Position numbers and translations under genes: made by a program. A stretch of DNA of 64,000 bases from Selaginella moellendorffii (lineage: Eukaryota; Plantae; Lycopodiophyta), in contig NW_003314357.1 in the NCBI RefSeq assembly GCF_000143415.4, forward strand, positions 630,340 through 694,339, written 5' to 3'. Every line of letters starts with the position of its first letter. Position 1 is the first letter of the stretch. The notes under the pieces were generated by a model. It searched no databases, was not told the origin of the DNA, and was given only the letters and a program-made list of their open reading frames with translations. Shown here piece by piece: positions 54,111-64,000 of this stretch.

Positions 54111-54436
54111 TATCAACACATCATTCTGAAGGTCGTGCTGATGTTTGCTCCCGGCCAATGGGAGGCAGTCAAGCTGCATAGGGCGAGAGAAGAAAGTGCT
54201 ACAACACATGTTACATGTAAATGTGCTGACTGTGACTACATTTGCAGTCTATCAAGTGAATTGGTTTTGTTTTGTCATGTTTTTTTAGGGTTTATGAAAT
54301 GGCAAGAGAGCCCCTGCCACTGCTGCCAATTTGCGATCCAAATCTGAGATGCTGTGTCAATGCACGTCCTAGTACAATTTGTGTTAAGATTTAATTGATT
54401 TGTCCACACTTTCTTCTAGCATTGTTTCAGTTCTAG

Positions 54437-54783
54437 GTCTGCTTTGGTAGTGGTAGAGTTAAAAAATGAAGGGTCAAATGCTTATAAGCCAAATCTATAT
54501 GGCAAGATGATAGTTATTGAGTGGAGAATCACTGTTGGAAGCAACACTATTGTCTTGAAAAATCACCGAGATTGGTTTCTATCATGCAAGGGATTCACAT
54601 CTTTTGTGTTGTGTATTCCAAGTGAAAAAATTTCTTCAAACAAGAAAGATTTGTGCGATGTGATTGACCATTTCAGTGTAAGCTAAGATTGTATTATAAA
54701 CTTTTCTACTTTCCTACTGTCACCTGTTTTTTGTAGATTGATGCGGAAAACCCATGTGTGATTATGTCTCAAGACATGAGTCA
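54437..54783 (+). pseudogene. SMC6: Captured SMC6 fragment, second copy
   Basis: VVVELKNEGSNAYKPNLYGKMIVIE / EKISSNKKDLCDVIDHFS / IDAENPCVIMSQD. Second intron gtaag...gtag is intact. Confidence 0.85.
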
Positions 54784-56026
54784 GCATTACCACTGCCACC
54801 TCCAAGGCCAGCACCGCTTAGAACTCTTTTGTCCAAGTCAAGGCAAGAGGGCGTGGTGACAAGTGTTACACCATGCACTCCTAGGGCTCCATGGCTGCTC
54901 TGCTCAGACATGGTTGTGTGGGCATTCCCGTGAGAGTCTGTGCATCTGTAAGCTCCACCGAGTCTGGCTTGAAAGGCATGCTGAAAACAAACTCGCTCGC
55001 ATCTGCTGCCTGACATAGTGTGTCAATGATGCATAGATTAATATTTTTATTTATAATTTATAATCTTTCCTAAACACTTTCTAGTGTATTCTTGTTTATT
55101 CTACTATTGATATGGAATAATATTAATCTTGACTCATAAATTATAAATATGCTTATAACCATTGATCAATTAAAATACTCAATGAATGATATTAAGTATT
55201 GTCTCTCATATTTTTTATCCTTCACCATGGTGTGCCAGCTAAGACCCTTTTGCGTCTTTTCAGGTACCATCTTTGTTTGGGTTTCATGGACGGCTCCATC
55301 AACCTTGCATTCCTTGCAAAGTTTACCAACCTCCCGAGAAAAGCTTTTCTCTCATTGAGCAAGCATGCTGAGTAGTGGATTCCATCCAGATTTCTCTCCC
55401 AGATCTGTGAGTGGAGCCTCTTCTCTGCTAAGTCGCTGTGTGCCTTGAGCGCCACCATGAAAGTCTGAGCGTTTGGCTGCTGGCTTGCTCATAGCACTCA
55501 AGAGCAAAGGTTGTTCTCAGCATATCCCAGGAAACGATGTTTTGCTACTCCATGCAAAGTCTCAGCGTTTGGAGGCAGGCCAGCTTCTCGTTGCATCTGA
55601 TAGAAGACGTGCTGTCCCATGATGATCATGTTCCAGGCAGCCAACGTCATGTTTATTTGTCCTCCTGAACACTTCTGATGCTTCCACATGTCCACGAGGC
55701 TGCTTGTGACGAATGCATCGGCTTTGTATTCACAATTTGCGAGGAAAACCAACCTATCCTGTTCTTCGTCCCATCCTGTTGAACAACCTGTGTTGCAAGC
55801 CGCAGTGTAGACTTCGACCATACTTTCACAAGTGCACTTGCTTGATTCCCGGCTTGACTCTGGAGAAACTTATCTGGCTGCTATGCCCTGCACTGCGTCT
55901 TCTCATCGAAGTTGAGCTTTGAGCGCCTGCAAGAACAGATAGTACGTTACCTTTTCTCAAACCTTTCGTCTCAAGCAACTTCTCTGGCCTTTGGAGGTGC
56001 ACTGACGTCTGCCTCTAGAGGATAGC

Positions 56027-56996
56027 TCAGTCAAATCGAAACTTGGTAGGTTCTTGCTCTATTTTCCAGTCCATGTTCCGAGCCAGCTGTGCAATAACTT
56101 CCAAGTCTGGTAGTTGACCCTTGTATGTGATCTTTACTGTCCGTGAGCAAGAGCCTGCTGTCTTCTTGCTCTGCAACTTCATCTCCTTGAAGATTGTTTG
56201 TACACAATCTTCCATGTGACAACGCATGCACTGTGCTGAGTTATGCGTCACTGCCAGTGTTGGCAGGACACTTTGAGGAGAATCCTAGAGTGCCATTGCT
56301 GTGCAAACCACGAGTGTGAGCTTCCAGCTGTTTCTTCTCAGTCGGAGGATCGTCCACCACAACTTCGATCTGCCACCCGGGATCCTGAAAGATCACATTA
56401 CTGCGCTGCTTCCTTCGAGATAACATCCATCGCACGAGCAAAAAGCACGCGAGCAGCACCAAGATCGCAACCAAAACCCAGAGAAGAAACTGGAGCAGCG
56501 ACCACGGCGTCCTCCGAACCACTGTAACTACTGCTGCGGGTGTTGGTGTGGCCACTGCTGCGTCGTGACCGTCACGACGATGGTGGTGGGGGTGGTGGTG
56601 GTGGTTGTGGCGTCCTCCATGGTGGTGACCATGGTGATGGTGGTGAACAACCAGAGGAGCTCCATCACCGTGATGATGATGGTACACTGCTGCTGCTGGA
56701 GCTGGATGGTGGTGGCGAGCATGATCGAGGATAGCAGGCGCTGGAGCTAGATGAGCAGGGTGGCCGTGAGCAGGGTGAACGAAAGAAGCTGGTGCTGGGG
56801 CTCGATCTGGAGCGTCACCTTGAAGAACTGGAGCTACAGCTGGCGCTGGCTCGTGGCCTTGGTGTCCATGGTGGTGTGCTGGATGTGCTGGAGCTAGAGC
56901 TGGAGCTCGCGGGCGTGAAGCTCGGTGATGGCCGCCATGCCAGGGCGCTTGAGCTCGGCGGGCAAGCATTGGGGCGGCGTGAGCGCGAGAGCCCAT
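56027..56996 (-). CDS. His-rich, Ala-Pro-rich single-pass membrane protein with Cys-containing C-terminal domain (copy E, apparently intact, ~303 aa if spliced)
   Basis: Exon 1 56996-56309, 58-bp GT-AG intron 56308-56251, exon 2 56250-56027, phase-consistent. TM segment WSLLQFLLWVLVAILVLLACFLLVRWML followed by SRRKQR. Unspliced it reads as the 251-aa ORF 56241-56996. Confidence 0.6.
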
Positions 56997-57562
56997 AGCT
57001 TACCTGACGAGAGCTTCTACAATAGAAAAATCCAAGCGAGAAAGATTATAACCTAACCCTTGACTTAGAAAAAATAAAGAGGTACTTTTGGCTTTGTGAA
57101 AGAAAAAACGAGTGGATTCGAGAGCTGGTGACGCTGTGGATTGTCAGCAAGGGTGCCATCGGGCTTGAGCATGCCAAAGAGCCCAAACCTAGATGTGAAC
57201 AGCGATTTAATCTCACAATCACGAAATGCTCTAGGTACAAATATTTCCAAAAGTGAAAACAACTTTAATTTGATGGCAACTCAATTCTAAAGTAGTGAAT
57301 GAAACTTTTTTACTTGCTTTTCAAACCTCTGGAAACTTGGCACTCATTGAATGCAAGTCATGGAGCTCATGGAGACACAAGCCATCAGCGTGCACAAACT
57401 ACTTCCTTTTGCAAAAAAGTGGGAAAAAGAAACACAAAATAAATGTCTATCCATTGCTGTTTTGATGGTCTCACGGTGCAACATCCATCCATAGCTCCCC
57501 CAAAGGTCAACACCAGTAAAATCGCTCAAAATGCCTGGAACAATCAAATAATTGAACATATT

Positions 57563-57635
57563 TGGAGATGCTGGGTATCGATCCCGGTGCCTCTCACATG
57601 CTAAGCGAGCGCTCTACCATCTGAGCTACATCCCC
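57563..57635 (-). tRNA. trnA-AGC: tRNA-Ala(AGC), full length, possibly pseudo
   Basis: 73 nt GGGGATGTAGCTCAGATGGTAGAGCGCTCGCTTAGCATGTGAGAGGCACCGGGATCGATACCCAGCATCTCCA. Folds as a cloverleaf with G3:U70. One C:A mismatch in the T-stem and a G:U in the anticodon stem. Confidence 0.85.
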
Positions 57636-58509
57636 TTAGCAAAGAAACAAAAATGCTAATCTTTTCTCTTCACCATTCTATTACTCATCCTTGGAGATTC
57701 TGGCATCTTTTGTTGCATTTCAAGAGCCGTTTGAGTGATGAGCTTTGGAAAGACCACCATCTCCAGTCTGCATCCGCAGGCAACCATGAAGAATGTTAAT
57801 AATGCTTATATAATAGTAATAGTATTCACAAGGGAGGACGAAAAGAGAGTGTTATTCAAGAGGATGAGTAAAGAAATTGGTAAAACCAACAGAATGGAAA
57901 TCAATTATATGATCTTCAGTAGCAATCAAATTTTATAAACACTAATATTATTTGGTATTTTTGTTTGCTAGTAAACATATTTAGCTACATAATTGTATAG
58001 CTAAAAGTCTTTTAAAATGAGTAACTTTTTTTTCTTACAAAATTTCAAAATTGGAAACGTCACCTTTACATTCTTTCAAAGTTTAAATGCATTTGCTTTT
58101 GGTCTCTCATAGCCTCTGAACAAACAAATAGAGATATTGGGCACACTTGATCAATTCAAAAAAACTAATTATTAAAAGCTTACTAGGTGATGGATTTTGT
58201 TTCAAGGTGGCCTCTTTTCATTCCTTGTCTTCTAAGCATGTTGCCTACCTGGATCTTGTATAAAAACCAAAGTAATGCCTTTAGAACTTGTAAGTTGTAA
58301 CAAGGAAATCAATGCCTTCCTATTGACCTCAAGAATGTACAACTTAATGTACTTTCAAGCGGATCTGGTAATAAACAGAGCCAAGTCAACAAAAGGAGTC
58401 ATTAAGAATATTTTAAAAATATTTTGGTACACTAAAGAATATTTTATTAATGTTTTAGTGGCAAACAGGTATTTTAAACAAAATAGTAATTTAAATAATA
58501 TCTAGATCT

Positions 58510-61500
58510 TGTGAGGTCCAAGTGTACGGCTACGATGCCGTATATTAATATTAGCATAGTGGGATTTTGGTAGTTGTCAGATTGGTTTCAATCCGGACCA
58601 CTTGCTCTTGTATATAAACTAGGGTTTTTGGGCTAATTAATATGCACATTTTCTGTATTCCCTTTTTATATTTCATGCACTCACATTAGTGGAGATGAGG
58701 GGCATCTTTGATTGTCCTTGAGGAGTGTTCAAATTTGGGATTTTTGGTTTAGATATAGCTTTTGCATCATTTAGATTTAACTTTTTCATTTCCTTTCTTT
58801 TATTCTTTCCTTTCAAGATCTAGCTTTTTGCATTGTTTAGATCTTCCTTTCTTTTTAGCCTTTTTTCATCTCTCTTCTTTTGTTTTTTCCTTTTCATTCA
58901 TGGCAGATTAGCAATCTCCTCCTGGAATAGCAGTTGGTACAATTGCTTGATGCTATGTGATTGCAATTGAACAACCAAACTCAGTTAATGGCGGCATTCA
59001 TGGCATGTAGTACAACTCCTCTTGTTTTTAGTGCCAATCCTTGTATTCAGCCGGAGTTCTTTCACGGGAATCCTAGGGATGATGTATACCATTGGTTCGA
59101 TCACTTCACGGTGATTGCTATATATCATTCTTGGGATGATGCTTGATGTTTGCGTGAGTTTTCCACATGTCTCTAAGGGATGGCATTGCAGTGGTATAAT
59201 GGTTTGAGCGCAGCCACTTGTGGGGATTGGAATATTCTCCCAGACGTCTTCAAACACGCATTTGAACATGCCAACGATTGTGATGATACTTTCCAACAAT
59301 TGCATTGTCTTTGTCAAGGGCCATCTGAGTTGGTGATGCAATTTAGCATTTGTTTCCGAAGCCTCTTGCTTCGTGCGGAGTCAAATATATTGAAGCAGAT
59401 CAAGTTAGGAATGTTGTGGCCAACACTTTATTAAGATTTTGTCAGACTTATGCATGCACTTGCTCCTGCCACCCTTGATAATGTTCTTCACTTGGCACAA
59501 CATTATAAGACGTCACCTCTTCCACTTTTCACTTCACATCTTTCAGCTCCACTTCCTGTGGGTGATGGTCCTGTTCCAATGGAAGTTGATGCTGCTACTG
59601 TTCAAATCCAAGGACAAGGGCGAAGCCATAGTATTTGTTGTTGGGCGTGTGATGAAGTTAGTCACACTTATCAGCGTTGTCGGTGTTTTCCAAATTAGTG
59701 GCCACCATTTCCTGAGTGGACATCTTGGCGTCAACAACATCTTATTGGTGCTGCTGTAGTAGAAGGTTTGGACACTGAAATACATCTGGGAAACAAGGAG
59801 TTACACAAGTAACAGAGGGACCTTACATGAATAAGTTAGTGACCCCTCCATATTTCTTTCGGAAGTATCATCAAGAGGTTCACTCAGCACCAATTCATCC
59901 AGTGTTTACTTTCCAAGCTTATTTTTATAACAAGCAATCTCCTATTATTCTCTCTATGTTGGTTGATATAGGTTCAAGTTTATCTTCTATTGCTTGATCT
60001 ATTGCCACATGTTGCCATTTACACTTGCGTCGTGCAGTGGAGCCAATTTTCATTGTTTATGGCAACGGCCATACATATGCATGTGCACGGGATGAGGTGG
60101 ACCTAGTTTTGCGTGTGGGTGATCTCGAGCATGGGTTGCAATCATTGCGGGTGGTGCCAAGTCAAACTTTTGACTTCATCCTTGGTATAGATTGATTGTA
60201 ACACAATCATGCCAAGTGTGACTTTGAGGCTTTTTCCCCTTATCTCATATTTCTTTATATTTCATTAATTCCTCTCACTTCTATACTCTTTGTCCCTCTA
60301 CTTCTACCTTTGTTTCCATTTCTTTTGTCCCCCTTATGGCTGATCTTTTGGATCGTCTGGGGCGAAGTCATTGATTCACCAAGCTAGATCTTACTTCTGG
60401 TTATTGGCAAATACTAATGGCCGAAGAAAATATTCCTAAAACTACTTTTTGTACACTATTTAGTTTGTACGAGTTCTTGGTGATGCCATTTGGTTTGAAC
60501 AATGCTCCTGCAACTTTTTAGTGGATGATGGATGAGGTTCTTTGCAATATGTGGAAGATAACTACTGACTTCATTGATGATGTCTTGATCCAATCGGAGG
60601 GGACGTGGGAGGAGCACATTCATGATGTTTGTAAAGTGTTGGATCAACTATGGGATGTTGGTTTAAAGCTAAAGCGGTCGAAGTGCGTGTTTGGGTCCAA
60701 AAACACGACTTATCTTAGGTACCATATTTCTCGTGAGGGTTTGCAAGTTGATCATGAAAAACTTGTGGCTATCTTAAAGTTCTCTACTCCAAAGTGTGTG
60801 AATGATGCAGTGCTTCCTAGGCAAGGTGCAGTATCTCGGTTGTTTTGTGGATCATCTTTTTTATCACACTACACCATTGCGAGTGTTGTTGAAGTCATCA
60901 ATGTCATCTTTCATCTAGTCTTCGGATTGTGAGCAAGCGTATGTGGATCTCAAAGAGATATTAACAACTCCTCCGATTTTGGCATATCCTGACTACATTT
61001 GACCTTTTATTTTGCGCGTAGATGTTTTTTATATTGGCCTTAGAAGTGTGTTGATACAAAAGAGCTTAAGTGTGCTTGGTCAGTGCCATCCCATTGTATA
61101 TATAAGCTGTACATTACAACTAGCAAAGATGAACTACTCCATGACAGAGAAAGAGTGTTTAGCAGAAGTGTAGAGTTTCAAGAAACTTCATGCATATTTA
61201 TATGGTTCTCGGATGTTACTTGAAGGTGATCATGCTGCCGTTACTTCATTATTGAAGCGAAAGAACCTAGTTGATCATACTACTCGGTGGGCTTTGAAGT
61301 TTCAGATATTTGATTTTGATGTTGTTCATCACCTAGGAAATTCTATGGCTAATGTTGATGCCCTTTCTTGAGCTCTTCCTCCTTCTCTTTCTTCTCATGG
61401 TTCTAACAAGCCTGTTATTCCAACATTTGTGAATTTTCTACACGAGGATTTTGTGCCGTTGGCAGTTGCTGTACTTGACATTCAATATCCACAAAGTGTA

Positions 61501-61776
61501 GAACAACATTTACCTTCTTTTGATGAGGTTCGTAAGGCTCAAAAGATTGAGTTGTGGATTCAAATGCTTTAAGATAGGTTTGAGAATCTTGTATCATTTG
61601 CTGATAACTTGTCATTCTAGCATTTACATTCTCAATATTGCCTTGAAGATGGCTTTCTTTATTTTGTGGGGACAAATCCTAATAATCCTTTACAGCTAGT
61701 GGTGCCTTCTATCTTTATTCTATAGTTTCCCCATGCCTATCATGATTCTCCTATTCTAGACAAGCATATGGGATAT
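58510..61776 (+). mobile_element. Ty3/Gypsy element, 3'-truncated
   Basis: 5' LTR 58510-58685 preceded by ATCT; PBS 58687-58702. gag with PVPMEVD and CWACDEVSHTYQRC knuckle, protease VLVDIGSS, RT (internal deletion ~60334) and RH; stops at the start of integrase. Confidence 0.92.
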
Positions 61777-64000
61777 AATTTAAATAATTAATTCACCTAA
61801 TTTAAATAAAAAATTCACTATATTTATTATTACTAAATATATAATTATTACTATAAAATCCTAATTTATATATTAATCTTTATTTATAAATATATCAAAT
61901 TAAATTACAATACTAATAACTAGTTCTTTTCCAATATCTTTGATTCCTCTGACCATGCATTTTTAATGTTAAGGAACATTAATTTCTTGAGAAAAGTGAG
62001 ATTGTTATTATATTTGTAAAGTGTTCATTTCAAATTTAAAGCTTGTTTCAACAAAAGCATAAAGCTCCAAATTCATCAATTTCACCCAAATAACCAAATA
62101 TATGGTATATCTTTTGGTTTTTGAATAATTGACCATGCGTGTAGAACTTTCGTAGGGCATAACCATATGAATTGATCACATTGTTCTGGAGGATTTCCAT
62201 ATTGTTTTCATCTACAAAAACAATCAGCTAGAGTGCATAAAGTTCAGATAATAATTTGCTTACCACATAATATTCCTCCAATCCAAACAAAATATTTGAC
62301 TGTAGAACTTGCTCTAGGTTGACATATAGCTCACTAAATCTTATGAATATTTTATTCTTTGACTTAAAAGTAGCTAAGCTTTTAATTGCTCAAAAGTATT
62401 GGTCCTCTATGTTCTATAGTTACATACTCATGTTTGGGATGGTACAAATTTCTCAATTGCTTGAGCTTACTTATTGTTTTCTTCTGAGAGTTTTAAGGTT
62501 CTTAATTGGTTTTATTGTAAATTAAATTCCAATAGCATTTAAAGTTGATCCCATCACTTTGTGAGGTTGTGACTAAGAGGTTGTGTCAATGTTATAGTAA
62601 ATAAAAATTCCAACAAATCTTTAAAATTATATGTATTTTATTATAACTTAACCTTTTATATAAGAGTGCATAAAGGTCTATTGTAAGATAGAGGTGACCA
62701 AGAAAGTTTTATATTAAAATATGCATTTAGAGCAACTTTTTTTCAATAGTGGGTAGCAAGTATTTTAAAACTCATTTAATAAAGAAAGAGAATTAATAAA
62801 GAAATCAATGTTGGTAGTTCTTTATCTGAGAAATAATTAAAGCCTTTAAATGTAGAAAACAGCTAAACCACCATGTTAGCTGAGTCTATAATTCTAAACT
62901 TGTATTCTCTATAAACATTACCTTCAACCCACTAAATGTATAAACTTGTATTACTTGTTTAAATTTTCTAAAGTGTTTGTACTTTTTAAACTCTAGCACA
63001 ATCAGTTGTGCTTATCATGGTATTCACCTCGAATGCATTTTTCTATATGTTCATGTAACTCTACTCTTGATAGAGAAGGCAACTCCACTTTCAGATAATT
63101 AAAATTTTATTTTTGGAACCATTACATATAATTCTAATGCCTCCACAATTTTTTTATGCTTCATTACTCATGAAACTATAAAGCATTTGTGGTGTTGAAA
63201 ATTTTATTCCAACATGATATACGTTGTTCAAAAAAGAACTTAAAATAGCATTTCTCTTAAATAACTATTACCATCAAGGATTATGCTCTATATAAAAGGA
63301 TTTTCTAATAAAGAGAACTTAAATAAAGGAGTTCACAAAAATATTTTTATACACTAAAGAATATTTTATTGAGGTTTTAGCTGTAATATTTTTATTAAAC
63401 AGGTATTTTAAAAATAGTAATTTAAGTATCTAAACATTATTGGCAATAGTTTCTATTTGATAGAGGCTTTGCATTATCACCTAATTTAGAGAAACAATTA
63501 TTATTTTTATATCTAATAATTAGTACTTATACTAATTATTAACGATATATATCTATAATATGCTTTTATTACATTTTTAGTGTAATTATAAGAAATGCCC
63601 TATATGTTTTTCAATGTCATTTAAATAAAATTTATTTTAATTTTAAATACAATATCAATATCTATTTTTTTCACGTCATATTCAGATGTTATAATGAATC
63701 CAAAGTTTAACACTTGGATCCATCCTATGTAAAGGATAAAATACTCTAGAATTTTAACATTTAAAGAATTATGTGTAATTGCAACTTTGTTGTAAAGCTT
63801 TCTATTTACAGTGTCACTTCCATAAATGAGAATCATATACTCGTGATGATGGTATTGCTGCTTAACCTTGATCTTTTACTTTTAATTATAATGCCTTTGA
63901 GTATGTTGTCTTTGCTTCCTTTGACCAAATATTTGTAATCTTCATATATTTGTTGTTTCTTGTCTACTAATATGAAATCAAGAAATATTAAAGAACTGAA
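61777..64000. repeat. AT-rich block of the composite unit (near-identical to 44635-46755)
   Basis: Co-linear match, e.g. ORF-track pairs 45161/62319 and 46375/63621. Confidence 0.85.

Noticed and set aside
56528-56750. Poly-Gly, poly-Val and poly-Thr ORFs (also at 17.5, 25.9, 40.3 and 48.5 kb)
   Set aside because: Other frames of the (CAC/CAT)n tract; only the His frame links to a start codon and TM helix.
57563-57635. tRNA-derived SINE
   Set aside because: No poly-A/T tail or TSD, and both flanks are shared among copies, so it was duplicated as part of a larger unit.

Overview
Eukaryotic plant nuclear DNA, most likely a lycophyte such as Selaginella (inferred from ~50-60 bp introns, compact genes and short tandem PPR motifs). 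Bases 1-11.3 kb are gene-dense: an F-box/kelch gene running off the left edge, a SHORT-ROOT-like GRAS factor, a decayed PPR gene, a 7-exon mitochondrial NAD-isocitrate dehydrogenase catalytic subunit, an oleosin, and a 6-exon gene I reconstructed that carries trypsin-like serine-protease motifs. From ~11.7 kb to the end the window is an AT-rich nest of decayed transposons. It holds a degenerate Helitron RepHel, four copies of a short-LTR Gypsy element (4-bp TSD, tRNA-Ala primer site), a solo LTR, and captured SMC6 and PPR fragments. It also holds five copies of a ~5.65 kb composite unit carrying a tRNA-Ala(AGC) gene and a His-rich/Ala-Pro-rich single-pass membrane protein gene with a spliced Cys-containing, possibly HMA-like tail. 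Only one copy of that gene (56027-56996) looks intact. All calls are by eye from the sequence; no database searches were run.
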